Positions 22,901-32,329 of a DNA stretch of 64,000 bases are shown one piece after another; within the stretch, counting starts at the first letter, position 1; each line of letters opens with the position of its first letter. The notes beneath the pieces are model-generated. The model had not been told where the DNA came from. It saw only the letters and a program-made list of their open reading frames with translations, and did no database searches. Source of the DNA: an uncultured Acidobacteriota bacterium (GTDB taxonomy: Bacteria; Acidobacteriota; Thermoanaerobaculia; Gp7-AA8). The translations under genes and the position numbers were made by a program. The stretch is taken from contig CAVUKB010000007.1 in the NCBI GenBank assembly GCA_963741955.1, positions 1,235,628-1,299,627 on the forward strand, read 5' to 3'.

Positions 22901-23081
22901 CCATCGGAGGTGAGAGATCGGGGTACGCGTCGACCGGAAGGCGGCGGAAGGAGTGGATGCCGCCGCCGATGAGGAGTGCGGTCAGGAAGAGAATCAGGAA
23001 TCGCTGACGCAGTGCCGTTGCGACGACGCGGTTGATCAGCGATCCGGAGACGGGAACTTTGTCCGGTTCGAGCGTCGTCAT
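19965..23081 (-). CDS. CusA/CzcA heavy-metal RND efflux permease
   Basis: LPVDAYPDLS, GAIDFGILVDGAVVMVEN and RLRPIMMTALVAAFGLLPAA; 1038 aa. Confidence 0.95.
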   Translation of the reverse strand: MTTLEPDKVPVSGSLINRVVATALRQRFLILFLTALLIGGGIHSFRRLPVDAYPDLSPPMVEISTQWQGQAAEEVERLITVPVEVEMNGIPDVAVVRSISLYGLSDVRLTFAHGTDINLARERVFQRLRDVELPDGVSSDVAPLFSPSGLIYRYVLDSPDRSPMDLKNLEDWVIERQYKSVPGVADDSGLGGPTMQYQVLLDPAKVAAVGLSVPAIQASLEASNGNTGGGFYSQGGQFYYVRGLGRLTTLEDIGNVVVAVHDGTPVLIKDIGRVVIGIAPRLGQFGFNDRDEAVEGVILMRRGEQAQVVLKRVEQKTKELNDSVLPKDVKIHPFYDRSDLIALTTRTVEDNLLRGMLLVLVVLVFFLYDFRSGLIVAVTIPLSLLFAFVCLDLEHVPANLLSIGAIDFGILVDGAVVMVENIFRRLALNEGKLSVREVIIRAAAEVDRPIFYAVAVIVAGFLPIYALTGPSGDLFKPMADTTIFALVGALVIALTLLPVLSSWALRRGVRERRNVIFEKILQAYTWGLDRCLAHPWGTTVVSFVIFIASLLLIPGIGAEFMPHLDEGSLWIRATMPSTISFEEASKISPKVRSILRSFPEVTVVANELGRPDDGTDPTGFFNDEFFVGLEPYSQWKGKYRTKQQLIEAVNEKLKAFPGIVFNFTQPAEDAVDEAETGLKSALAVKIFGPDLSVLEDRGNAIRKVLEGVRGIGEISVVRQLGQPSLTIRVDREKIARYGLNVADINGLIEAAVGGAVATQVVQGERLFDLVVRLEPQYRESPEAIGKILVATPDGQQVPLEELADIRVASGASFIYRENNSRYIGVQYSIGGRDLAGAVEDAQRQVAAKVKMPPGYRVVWGGEYQEYTASRRQLAVILPLTLLLIFLLLFMLYANFKFPLITVLAVVLSSPVGGLIALKLSGTPFSVSSGIGFLALFGVSVQTAVIYISYANELRKDGLEIFTATREAAILRLRPIMMTALVAAFGLLPAALATGIGSDTQRPFALVIVGGLFSRLLISVFLMPALYALVARPADRLEV

Positions 23082-24232
23082 GAATGCTCCACCGTTCCGA
23101 GAAAGAGCGCTCCTTCGACCACGATGTTCTCGCCCGCGGAGAGTCCGGACGTGATCTCGATGTGGTCATCCATCCGCTGTCCGGTTTCCACCCGCTGGCG
23201 GACGAACGTCCCTCCCGATCTTCCGACGAAGACGAAGGGAAGATTCTCCTCGTCGCGGAGCACCGCAGAGACGGGAACCACGATTCCCTTCGCCGCCGTC
23301 TTCGACTCGATCAGCGTCCTCACGTACATGTCGCGCTTGAGGATCCCTCCCGGATTCGCGGCGGTGAGGCGTACCGATACCGCGCGCGTGCTCGGATCGA
23401 CCATCGCTGCGATGTACTGGACGGTCGCCGGAATCTTCGTCCCCCCCACCAGAACCTCGGCAGGATCGCCGGCGGCGACGCCGGGGAGATCTTTCTCGAA
23501 GACGTTCGCGATCACCCACACCTTCGAAAGATCGGCCACGGTGAAGCAGGGACTCCCCCCAGCGGAGAGGAGCTGCCCGGGCGTGATGAGGCGTTCGACC
23601 ACCGTCCCTTCGATCGGAGAGCGAATCACACCGCCCGAAATGGTGACCGGCTGTCCCGCCGCGATCCGGTCGAGCGTCTTCTCGTCCACCCCGAGAGATC
23701 GGAGCTGCTGCCGGGCGGCGTCCTCGTCCGCAGTTGCGTTCGACGCGTCCGTCTCGGCGTTCTCCACGTCGACGCGCGAGATCGCGTCGTTGGCGAAGAG
23801 CTCTTTGTCGCGGTCGGCGATGCGGCGGGTATTCACTGCGGTCGCCGCGGCCTTTCTCAGGTTGCTCAGCGCGTCGGCGAAATCGGGAGAGGCTATCACC
23901 GCGAGCGCATCACCGCGTCTCACCCGCGCGCCGACGTCGACCAGGATCTTCGACACCGGACCGGAGATCGGCGCGAGGACTTCGGTCGACCGGTTCTGGT
24001 CGAACGCGACGGTGCCGGTCGCCTCGATGGTGCGGTGAAACGAGGTGAGCTCGACCGGCGCAGTTCGTATTCCTCTGACCTGCTCCGGAGTGAGCCGGAT
24101 GGCATCCGACGGATCGTTCGCCGGAACGGGGGCCGCTTGGTCACTTCCCTGGCAACCGGCCATCGGAAGGATCAGAAGAGCCGCGACCGAGAGAAGCTGA
24201 AGGATCTCGAAAACTCGCTTTTGACTGTTCAT
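23078..24232 (-). CDS. RND periplasmic adaptor (CzcB/CusB-like), lipoprotein
   Basis: Lipobox MAGC; APISGPV, IRSPIEGTVVER, ADLSKVWVIANVFE and VPVSAV motifs; overlaps the permease start. Confidence 0.93.
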   Translation of the reverse strand: MNSQKRVFEILQLLSVAALLILPMAGCQGSDQAAPVPANDPSDAIRLTPEQVRGIRTAPVELTSFHRTIEATGTVAFDQNRSTEVLAPISGPVSKILVDVGARVRRGDALAVIASPDFADALSNLRKAAATAVNTRRIADRDKELFANDAISRVDVENAETDASNATADEDAARQQLRSLGVDEKTLDRIAAGQPVTISGGVIRSPIEGTVVERLITPGQLLSAGGSPCFTVADLSKVWVIANVFEKDLPGVAAGDPAEVLVGGTKIPATVQYIAAMVDPSTRAVSVRLTAANPGGILKRDMYVRTLIESKTAAKGIVVPVSAVLRDEENLPFVFVGRSGGTFVRQRVETGQRMDDHIEITSGLSAGENIVVEGALFLGTVEHS

Positions 24233-25509
24233 TGCTGATCTCCGTCGTTGGCTTCGGGAAGAGGTGCGCCGATCGCGAGCTCCAGGGCCGCGCGTGCGTC
24301 GTTCGCCGCGCCGAGCGCCTCGGCGTACTGGCTTTCGGCATCGAGGAGAACCCGTTTGGCGTCGAGCAGCTCCAGTGCGGAAGAGCCGCCGAGGCCGTAG
24401 CTGACCGACGCGACGCGATAGACCTCGCGCGCCTCGGGGAGGAGGTGGTCGCGGATGAAGATCGCCTGCCGGAGCGCGGTCGATGCGCTGGTCCAGGCGT
24501 TCTCGACTTCGAGACTGATCTCGGCGCGGAGATCGGCGACGTCGGCCGCGAGCTCCCGCTCTCGGTGCCGCGCCGAGGCCACTTCACCGCGCTGGTGCTG
24601 CCAGAAGAAGAGAGGGACGCCGAAGCCGACCGAGGTGGTGTAGGACGCCGGCACGCCGTCGGCACCGTTGCGCTCGAGTCCGACATCGATGTCGGGAGCC
24701 CAGTACTCGCGTGCGAGGCGGGTCGCAGTGTGTGCCCCCTGCAGTTGCGCAGCGAGACCCTGAATTTCGGGACGTGACGCTTCGGCCAGTTTCTGCAGCT
24801 CTTCGCCGGGGGGGAGCGGCGGTGGAACGTCGAGGGTGTCGGTGACGGTGAGAGGTGCGGCGCCCGATCTTCCCATGATCCGATTGAGCGTGGCGCGCGC
24901 TGTGTCGACCGCACGCTCGCTCGCGATCAGATCGTTCCCGGCCTGGGAAACGTCCACTTCCGCTTTGAGCACGTCGAGCTTCGGAACCGTTCCGGCTTTG
25001 AAGCGATGCTCCGTCTTCGCCAGGAAGTCGTTTGCGAGATCACGGCTCTGGCGGATGTCGTCGCGGTGCTGCATGGCGACGAGGATCGCGTCGTATGCCT
25101 GTGCGGCATCCGAAGCGATCTGCTGGCGCAGCTGATCGAGGCTGAATTCGGATGCGCGGAGATCCGCAGTGGCGACGGCGCGGCGCATGCCGGTCTTTCC
25201 CGGGAACGGTACGGTCCATCCGATCCCGGCGTCGTTCGCGTTTCCGGATCCGAGAGAGAGAGCCCGGGTCTGTCCCGCCACGTCGAGGGCGATGGAGGGA
25301 TCGGCGAACGCCCCGGCGATGACCACTCCGGCCCGCGCCTGGGCGACCTGCTCCCTCGCTGCTGCAAGCGCAGGGTTGTGGCTGAGAGCCTGGCGGACGG
25401 CGTCGGCTCTCGAGAGCTGCAGGCCGGTGGTGTTTGTCGAGACCTGACCCCGGAGAGTGACCGTGAATAGTGAGAGCGTAAAGAAGCAGAGCAATGAACT
25501 CCTGACCAC
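24229..25509 (-). CDS. TolC/CzcC outer-membrane factor
   Basis: Signal peptide; OEP repeats (ALSHNPAL, RFKAGTVPKLDVL, YGLGGSSALELLDAKR). Confidence 0.92.
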   Translation of the reverse strand: MVRSSLLCFFTLSLFTVTLRGQVSTNTTGLQLSRADAVRQALSHNPALAAAREQVAQARAGVVIAGAFADPSIALDVAGQTRALSLGSGNANDAGIGWTVPFPGKTGMRRAVATADLRASEFSLDQLRQQIASDAAQAYDAILVAMQHRDDIRQSRDLANDFLAKTEHRFKAGTVPKLDVLKAEVDVSQAGNDLIASERAVDTARATLNRIMGRSGAAPLTVTDTLDVPPPLPPGEELQKLAEASRPEIQGLAAQLQGAHTATRLAREYWAPDIDVGLERNGADGVPASYTTSVGFGVPLFFWQHQRGEVASARHRERELAADVADLRAEISLEVENAWTSASTALRQAIFIRDHLLPEAREVYRVASVSYGLGGSSALELLDAKRVLLDAESQYAEALGAANDARAALELAIGAPLPEANDGDQQ

Positions 25510-25564
25510 AGAGCCTCCTGGACGCTCCTGATGCGGAGAAAATACGAGTCGGGTGGGGGAGGGC

Positions 25565-25888
25565 TCAGGCAGCAGGAGGGGCGCGGCCGAAGACGCCGTC
25601 GAGCCGGACGGGGGTGACGAAGGAGGGTGCAGCGACGGCGATGCGGAGGGAGAGTGCGGCGGGAAGAGGAACTCTCGGGCCGGAGGACACCGCGACGACG
25701 AGGTTCGCGATGCGGCAGGCGAGGCAGTCGACCGGCCGCTGCGAGACGGCGGCGCGGGTGATCACCGTCGTGGTGGAGCCGCCGATGTCGACCGGGTGGT
25801 TGTGGAGCTCGGGCGCGGCCGCAAAGATCTCCACGGCCGAGAAGACGACCAGGAGAAACGCGGCGATCCTGACGCGCCAGCGAGACAT
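25565..25888 (-). CDS. DUF2946/CzcI-like leader protein with CxxC and C-terminal RAPP
   Basis: N-terminal TM or signal, HNH, DCLAC, ends GRAPPAA; directly upstream of the RND operon. Confidence 0.75.
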   Translation of the reverse strand: MSRWRVRIAAFLLVVFSAVEIFAAAPELHNHPVDIGGSTTTVITRAAVSQRPVDCLACRIANLVVAVSSGPRVPLPAALSLRIAVAAPSFVTPVRLDGVFGRAPPAA

Positions 25889-26299
25889 AGCCGGGGAAGA
25901 TAGCACAGGGATCGTCGCGCCGATTGCAGTCTTACCGGATTGTCATTTGCGGGTGGCTCATACAGGGAGGCGTGAGACTCCCGCATCGCGATTTCCGAGA
26001 GCGTCCTTTCCGGGCAAAGGGTCAACCCTTGCGCGCGGCGGCAGAAGCTGACCCGCCGCGCGGGAGCGATTCTCGAATTCGTGCGCAGCAATTGACCCTG
26101 CACGGTGAGACGAAGAGAGGCATCTCTTCTCTTTTCAGGAGCTTCCCGATCCGGGAGTCAATGGCATATCGATTGATACGATCCCGCGCCCGTGGCCGCT
26201 CGATTCTCGCGCTCTTCACATCAGCTGCATCGAGGCATCACTCGTCTCTGCGATGATTCGAGACGTCCGGCACATACACACTCTTTGAATGGAGGATTC

Positions 26300-28024
26300 A
26301 TGAACCGCTCTTTCAGACTGCTCCTCGCGATTCTTCTTCTCCTCGTCTCGATCGACGGCTTCGCACAGCAGAAGTCGGTTCTCTTCGACGCCGCACACGC
26401 GCAGACGGCGGGCAACGCCGACTGGACTCTGGACGAGGACAGCTGCGGAACTGCGCAGCGGTTCCCCACTCCCGATCAGTCGGGAATCACTTCGTCGACC
26501 TCCGAGTCGTACTGGTCGGGCGGGATGTCGGCGTTCGGCGTCGATCTGGTGAAGAAGGGCTTCCACGTGGAGAGTCTTCCGATCGGCGCGCGGATCAGCT
26601 GGGGAGATTCGTCGAATCCGCAGGATCTGAGCAACTACGACGTCTTCGTGGTTCCGGAGCCGAACGTCCGCTTCACGTCATCGGAGATCACCGCGATCCG
26701 AAACTTCGTCTGGAACGGCGGCGGACTGATGATGATCGCCGACCACGCCGGAGCCGACCGGAACAACGACGGCTGGGATGCCGCGGGTATCTTCGACGAT
26801 CTGATGGGAAGCCCGAGCGTATTCGGGATCACGTTCGACGACAACAAGAGCGATACGACCTATGGCTGGTTCAACGACCATCCGGACGGAAACTTCACCA
26901 CCGATCCGTCCTCTCCGATCATTTACGCGGGGGCATTCGGCGTGCCGGCCTCCAGTAAGGGCCTCGGGCTCTTCGGCGCCTCCGCGGTGACCCTCAGCGG
27001 CGCGGCGAAGGGTCACGTCTGGAGAACGGTCGCGACGCACGACACCTCCACCGGCGTCACGTTCGCGACGTCGACGTACGGCAGCGGCCGCGTCGCCGCC
27101 GTCGGTGACTCCTCGACTGCGGAAGATGCCACCAACGGCTGCGGCCACAAGACGTACGCCGGTTACGAAGATCCCTCCTACGACAACGGCCTGATCATCG
27201 CGAACGCGATCGCGTGGCTCGGGAACGGTTCGACGAGCGGCGGTGGTGGCGGCACCGACACCCAGGCTCCTGCCACGTCCGTGACGTGGCCGTCGAACGG
27301 CGTGACGGTCGCCGGTACGGTGACCATCACTGCGAGCGCCACCGACGATACCGGCGTGACGAAGATGGAGATCTGGGTCGACGGAGCGCTCCGGACGTCG
27401 AATGCGAACTCAACGTCGATCTCTTGGGCGTGGGACACCACGAAATTCGCGAACTCGTCGCACACCATCGCTTCGAAGGCGTACGACGCGGCCGGAAACA
27501 AGGGGCAGTCGTCGAACGTCACGGTGACCGTCGCCAACGGCGCCCCTCAGCCGCAGCAGCTTCTCGGCAATCCCGGATTCGAGAACGGCTCGTCGAATCC
27601 CGCGCCCTGGTCCGCGACGTCGGGCGTGATCGACAACTCGGCTTCCGAAGCGGCGCATTCGGGAAGCTGGAAGGCGTGGCTCGACGGATACGGCTCGACG
27701 CACACCGACTCGGTTCGGCAGACGGTGAGCATCCCTTCCGGGATCTCCACTGCGACACTCTCATTCTGGCTGCACATCGACACGAACGAGAGCGGATCGA
27801 CGGCGTACGACAAGCTGAAGGTCCAGCTCCGCAATTCGTCAGGAAGCGTTCTCACCACTCTCGCGACGTATTCGAACGTGAATGCGGCGAGTGGATACGT
27901 CAAGAAGAGCTTCGACGTGTCGAGCTATGGCGGACAGACCGTTCAGGTCTATCTGGTCGGAACCGAGGATTCGATGTACGCCACCTCGTTCGTGGTGGAC
28001 GACTTCGCACTGAACGTGCAGTAG
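26300..28024 (+). CDS. Secreted multidomain protein: uncharacterised N-terminal alpha/beta domain, Ig-like domain, C-terminal CBM-like jelly-roll
   Basis: GGAGGA RBS; signal peptide; VLFDAAHAQTAGNADW, DLSNYDVFVVPEPN and GGGLMMIADH; Ig motif KAYDAAGN; LLGNPGFENG..SFVVDDFAL. Confidence 0.8.
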   Translation: MNRSFRLLLAILLLLVSIDGFAQQKSVLFDAAHAQTAGNADWTLDEDSCGTAQRFPTPDQSGITSSTSESYWSGGMSAFGVDLVKKGFHVESLPIGARISWGDSSNPQDLSNYDVFVVPEPNVRFTSSEITAIRNFVWNGGGLMMIADHAGADRNNDGWDAAGIFDDLMGSPSVFGITFDDNKSDTTYGWFNDHPDGNFTTDPSSPIIYAGAFGVPASSKGLGLFGASAVTLSGAAKGHVWRTVATHDTSTGVTFATSTYGSGRVAAVGDSSTAEDATNGCGHKTYAGYEDPSYDNGLIIANAIAWLGNGSTSGGGGGTDTQAPATSVTWPSNGVTVAGTVTITASATDDTGVTKMEIWVDGALRTSNANSTSISWAWDTTKFANSSHTIASKAYDAAGNKGQSSNVTVTVANGAPQPQQLLGNPGFENGSSNPAPWSATSGVIDNSASEAAHSGSWKAWLDGYGSTHTDSVRQTVSIPSGISTATLSFWLHIDTNESGSTAYDKLKVQLRNSSGSVLTTLATYSNVNAASGYVKKSFDVSSYGGQTVQVYLVGTEDSMYATSFVVDDFALNVQ

Positions 28025-28078
28025 ATGTTTCCGCGGACTCCGGGGAAGCCCCGGGTTCCGCGGAGCGAAACGAGCGCC

Positions 28079-28383
28079 GAGGGGTGCGGATCCTCCGATC
28101 CGCCGCGCAAAACGTAATCGGAGCGGATCGAGACAGTATCTGTGGCAGAGGCGAAGCAAATGGGAGTCGACGCTCCGCATGTGGCCACAGGCGCGGTCTT
28201 CATCGCGTACAACACGATCGACGCGGCGGATCGGAGGATCCGCACCCCTCGGGATCCGCACCCCTTGGCAGAGGCGCAGCGAATGAGTACCGACGCTTCG
28301 CGTGTGGCCACAGGCGCGGTCTTCATCGCATACAACACGATCGACGATGCGGATCGGAGGATCCGCACCCCTCGGCAGAGGCG
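28079..28383. repeat. REP/BIME-like cluster between convergent genes
   Basis: GAGGGGTGCGGATCCTCCGATCCGC at 28079 and two inverted copies (about 28226 and 28349) inside two ~110-bp direct repeats starting near 28144 and 28267. Confidence 0.75.
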
Positions 28384-28401
28384 GGCCAGCTTCCCCGCCG
28401 A

Positions 28402-29358
28402 CTACCTGCCGAGGTTCCCCGCAATCTTCGTCAGGGGCGGCGCCGAGTGTGCGGCACGGCGCGACTCCGTTCGGGCGAGCGCCTCCTTCCCTTCGTGCGC
28501 GTAGATCTCCGCGAGGAGCCATCGCGCGGTGGCGAGATCGGGCTCCGTGTACGTGGGACGGTAGTCGAGGTACTTCTGCAGCGCCTTCTCGCCGCGCTCC
28601 AGATTCCGGCCCGAGCGGGAAGCGACTTTTCCGATTCCGAACCACGCCGGCATGTATCCCGGACTGATGCGCACCGCGTTCTCGAGCTCTGCGAACGCGG
28701 CGTCATACTCATTGCGGTTCGCGTCGAACATCGCCAGCCAGTAATGAGGTCGCGGATCGTCGGGGTATCGCTCGATCGCTTCCTGGTATTTCTGCTTCGC
28801 CTGAGCGTACTTCTTCTGGTGCTGGAGGATCGTCGCCCAGGCGTCATAACCGCGGGCGGGGTCACGCTTCTGGATCTCTCGCGCCTGATCGACCGCCCGG
28901 TCGACTCCTCCGCCCATGAATCCGGGCGCCATAACGTCATACAGCATCAGCGCGAAGCGTGCATCGAGATGATCCGGATTCATCTCGATGGCCCGCTCGA
29001 AGTTGTTGTGGATGTGATGCGCGAGAAAAGCTTTGTGGACCACGTTCGCGCGCATCGTCTTCAGTCCGTACGCAACGCCCAGCCAGTAGTACTCATCCGA
29101 GGTGGGATGAATCTTCACCGCCTTCTCGAGAGAGTCGATGGCCTGGTCGAACTTGCCGAGGCGGACCTGGGCGAGACCGAGATTGAAAAGGAGCCGGGAG
29201 TTGGTTCCTGCCGGCGCGAGCGGCGCCAGGGTTTCTTCCGCCGCAGCCGGATCACCGGAGCGGAGAAGTGCGATGCCCTGGTCGAGCGAGCTCGCCTCGG
29301 CGGCGGCTGCGAACACCAGCAGGAGGATGCCGGCGTGAATGATTGTCGATTTTCGCAT
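28402..29358 (-). CDS. Exported tetratricopeptide repeat protein
   Basis: Signal peptide; multiple TPR motifs (LFNLGLAQVRLGKFDQAIDSLEKAVKIHP). Confidence 0.88.
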   Translation of the reverse strand: MRKSTIIHAGILLLVFAAAAEASSLDQGIALLRSGDPAAAEETLAPLAPAGTNSRLLFNLGLAQVRLGKFDQAIDSLEKAVKIHPTSDEYYWLGVAYGLKTMRANVVHKAFLAHHIHNNFERAIEMNPDHLDARFALMLYDVMAPGFMGGGVDRAVDQAREIQKRDPARGYDAWATILQHQKKYAQAKQKYQEAIERYPDDPRPHYWLAMFDANRNEYDAAFAELENAVRISPGYMPAWFGIGKVASRSGRNLERGEKALQKYLDYRPTYTEPDLATARWLLAEIYAHEGKEALARTESRRAAHSAPPLTKIAGNLGR

Positions 29359-29727
29359 CTGCGAATCTCCTCATCGGGGTCGTGCCGTCGATCCGGGGAT
29401 CGACGTATGACTCCTGCCTGTCGATGTTTACGCACAGGACCAGTCGCCACGAATGGAAACTTTTGCAGGATTCGTGACAATTATGAGGAGAACGTGGGGG
29501 GAGGTTCGGGTTGCGGGTTGTGGGTCGAAAAGGGGAATAGTTTCCAACTCGTCAAGGAGACGGAAGCCCGGATTTCACACCAGTCTCTGCTGCGGAGACG
29601 TATCGCAGCCTCTCTCCCGTGTCGGGTCAGGAGCCGGCTCAGCAGAGACAGCCCGGAGTTCCTGCAGCCGCTGCCGGCGCCTGCTCGAATGCGACCCGTG
29701 AACCGTCAGTTCACGACCCGGGACGGC

Positions 29728-32298
29728 TCACGATCGCGTCTTCTCTGCGCGCGGAGGACACAACACCTTTCCCTCCGAAGCGGGAACGAGCCGGACGTTC
29801 GAGAGGCGAAGGCCGAGCGTTCCATCGGTGGAGATCTGGAGCGGACGGTTGATGCGCGTCATCTCCGCTCCCGCCTCTTCGAGACAGCGGAGACGGATCC
29901 TGACCGTCTTCCACTCCCGTGGCGGGAGCGTGCGCAGAATCGCGCTGACGTCCACCGAGCCGCGGCACTCCTCTCCGCATCCCATCGAGAGAATCGTCTT
30001 CGCTTTCGGAGGCTGTTCGATGAAGACGTCGAAGCTGAGGGCGAGCTCGCCGTTCGATTCCCGGGTCAGGTCGACCGGAGTCGCGGCCTGAATGAACAGC
30101 CAGGCCTTTCCACTGCCGTCCCATCGAGCGCGCAGTGCGTCGCTCTGCATCGCTCGATCGACCGGCTGAACCACCAGGCGGGTCGAGTTCACGGTGGACG
30201 TTCGCGTTCCCACGACCTCGAGCGCCGGGTTCTCCTGGTCGTCGCCGACGTACACGCGCCAGGGTGCGACGGGACCGGCATCGAAGTAGACAGTCCGGCT
30301 CACCGCATCGGCCGTCGTGTTTCCCGTCGACTCGGGGAGTTGGGGAAGAGCACCGTCGTCGGCGTAGGTCAGGCCGAAGCCGTATGCGAAGAGCGGGTCG
30401 TATTTCGCGTCTCCGCGATTGAGCACGGTCTGGCTGATGCTCCGCGGCCACGAGTACGCGAGCTTGCCGTGGAAGTCGTGATCGATCTCTCCGTCCGCCT
30501 TCCGGAAAAGGACGTCTGCCACCGCGGAGCCCTCGGTACCGGGAAGCCAGGCAGCGACGAACGCGTCGGAGGCGTTGAACTCCGGGTTGACCCATAGAGG
30601 CCGTCCGCTCAGGAAGATTGAAACGACTTTCACTCCGCTCTTTTTCAACTTCCGCAGCAGCTCTCCGTCATCGGAGTGGATGCGCTGGTACTCGATCGTG
30701 TCGAGATCTCCGCGGAACTCCGCGTAGGGCTCCTCACCGAAGACTGCGATCGCGACATCGACGGGAGCTCCGACGTTCCCCTCTTCTGCGAGGATCGCGG
30801 TTCCTCCGGATGCCTCGACGGCGGCGCGAATGCCGTCCCAGATCGACGAGCCGCCGGGGAAGTCGCTGTTCACGTTTCCGCTTCCCTGCCAGTTGAGCGT
30901 CCATCCACCGGTCTGCATCGGGATGCTGTTCGCTCCGCGGCCGACGACCGCGACGCGCTGGTCGCGTCGCAGCGGAAGAAGGTGACCCGAATTTTTCAGA
31001 AGCACCAGCGACTCACGAACCGCCCGGGCTGCGACCGCGCGGTTCCCGGCGCTCCCGAGCTCCTCGCTCTTACCGGCCAGCGGACGGCTCGACGGTTTCC
31101 CGCGGTCGAACAATCCCGCGCGCATCTTCACCCGCAGGATGCGGCGAACTGCGTCGTCGAGCCGAGCCATCGGGATCACGCCCGCGTTCACCTGGGCGAG
31201 GGTGTTTGTCCAGAGCTCCTTCCAATCCTCCGGCACCATGAACATGTCGACGCCCGCGTTGAACGCCGCGGCGCAGTTCCCGGTGGTACATCCTTCGAGC
31301 TGTCCGTGCGCGTTCCAGTCGCCGACCACGAATCCGTCGAACCCCATCCGATCCTTGAGCACCGCAGTGAGCAGATCGTGGTTGCCATGCATCTTCCGTC
31401 CATGCCAGCTCGAGAACGATGCCATCACCGTCTGTACACCCTCGCCGAGAGCACCGACGTATCCCGCGCCATGAATGTCCCGGAGCTCCTTTTCGGTGGA
31501 GAGGTTGTCGCCCTGGTCACGGCCATCGAGATTGCCGCCGTCGCCGAGGAAGTGTTTGGCCGTGGAGATGACGTGGTAAGCATCGAGGAACTCCGGCGTG
31601 CCGGGATCACCCTGAAGCCCGCGGACCATCGCCGCGGCGTACGCGCGGACGATCTCCGGATCTTCGGAGTAGCCTTCGTAGGTGCGTCCCCATCGGTCAT
31701 TGCGGACCACGGCGACGGTGGGTCCGAAGTCCCAGTCGAGACCGGTGACTGCCATTTCCCGCGCGGTGACTTCGCCGACTCTGCGGATCAGATCCGGATC
31801 GTGCGTCGCGCCGAGTCCCACGTTGTGGGGAAAGATGGTGGCGCCAGTGATGTGTGAGTGGCCGTGGACTGCGTCGGCTCCCCATATGATCGGAATCGCG
31901 ACTCCCCCTTTCGGAGGAGTCATGGATGCGTCCCAGAACGCATCGGCGACCGCGACCCAGTCGGCGGGCGTGGTGTGTTTCACTCCGTTCGGGTGCGAGT
32001 CGCCTCCGCTGAGGACCGACCCAAGGTGGTATCGGCGTACGTCATCGGGGGTGACGTGGAGGATCTCGGCCTGGATGACCTGACCGACCTTCTCCTCCAC
32101 GGACATCCGTGCAAGGAGATCGCTGACCTTCCGTTCGAGCTGGGGATCACTCGCCACGGGCGAGGGAACGACCGGCCAGAGATTCGGATGGATCACCGGG
32201 GGAGGGGTGGTGGTCCGGGGATGTTCGGGAGGGGCGGAAAAGACCGCCGGAATCGCGAGAGTGAGCAGCGTCGCAGCCACGAGGATTCGCGTGCGCAT
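29728..32298 (-). CDS. GH3 beta-glucosidase / exo-beta-glucanase with C-terminal galactose-binding-like domain
   Basis: DAVHGH, RWGRTYEGYSEDP, AKHFLGDG, MASFSSWHG, GFVVGDWN (nucleophile) and GEEPYAE; signal peptide from the ATG at 32298. Confidence 0.93.
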   Translation of the reverse strand: MRTRILVAATLLTLAIPAVFSAPPEHPRTTTPPPVIHPNLWPVVPSPVASDPQLERKVSDLLARMSVEEKVGQVIQAEILHVTPDDVRRYHLGSVLSGGDSHPNGVKHTTPADWVAVADAFWDASMTPPKGGVAIPIIWGADAVHGHSHITGATIFPHNVGLGATHDPDLIRRVGEVTAREMAVTGLDWDFGPTVAVVRNDRWGRTYEGYSEDPEIVRAYAAAMVRGLQGDPGTPEFLDAYHVISTAKHFLGDGGNLDGRDQGDNLSTEKELRDIHGAGYVGALGEGVQTVMASFSSWHGRKMHGNHDLLTAVLKDRMGFDGFVVGDWNAHGQLEGCTTGNCAAAFNAGVDMFMVPEDWKELWTNTLAQVNAGVIPMARLDDAVRRILRVKMRAGLFDRGKPSSRPLAGKSEELGSAGNRAVAARAVRESLVLLKNSGHLLPLRRDQRVAVVGRGANSIPMQTGGWTLNWQGSGNVNSDFPGGSSIWDGIRAAVEASGGTAILAEEGNVGAPVDVAIAVFGEEPYAEFRGDLDTIEYQRIHSDDGELLRKLKKSGVKVVSIFLSGRPLWVNPEFNASDAFVAAWLPGTEGSAVADVLFRKADGEIDHDFHGKLAYSWPRSISQTVLNRGDAKYDPLFAYGFGLTYADDGALPQLPESTGNTTADAVSRTVYFDAGPVAPWRVYVGDDQENPALEVVGTRTSTVNSTRLVVQPVDRAMQSDALRARWDGSGKAWLFIQAATPVDLTRESNGELALSFDVFIEQPPKAKTILSMGCGEECRGSVDVSAILRTLPPREWKTVRIRLRCLEEAGAEMTRINRPLQISTDGTLGLRLSNVRLVPASEGKVLCPPRAEKTRS

Positions 32299-32329
32299 GA
32301 TTCCTCCATCCGAAGGATGCTCGACCTCT

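Noticed and set aside
25950-26110. Possible riboswitch between the RND leader and the secreted protein gene
   Set aside because: A GC hairpin (CGCGCGGCGG..CCGCCGCGCG) is present, but I recognise no aptamer consensus; an Rfam scan would be needed.
27214-30597. 1127-aa plus-strand ORF and similar long shadow ORFs (e.g. 39898-41571, 45640-47463, 54461-56200, 58114-59844)
   Set aside because: They overlap well-supported genes in other frames or strands, are Arg-rich and have no domain signatures.
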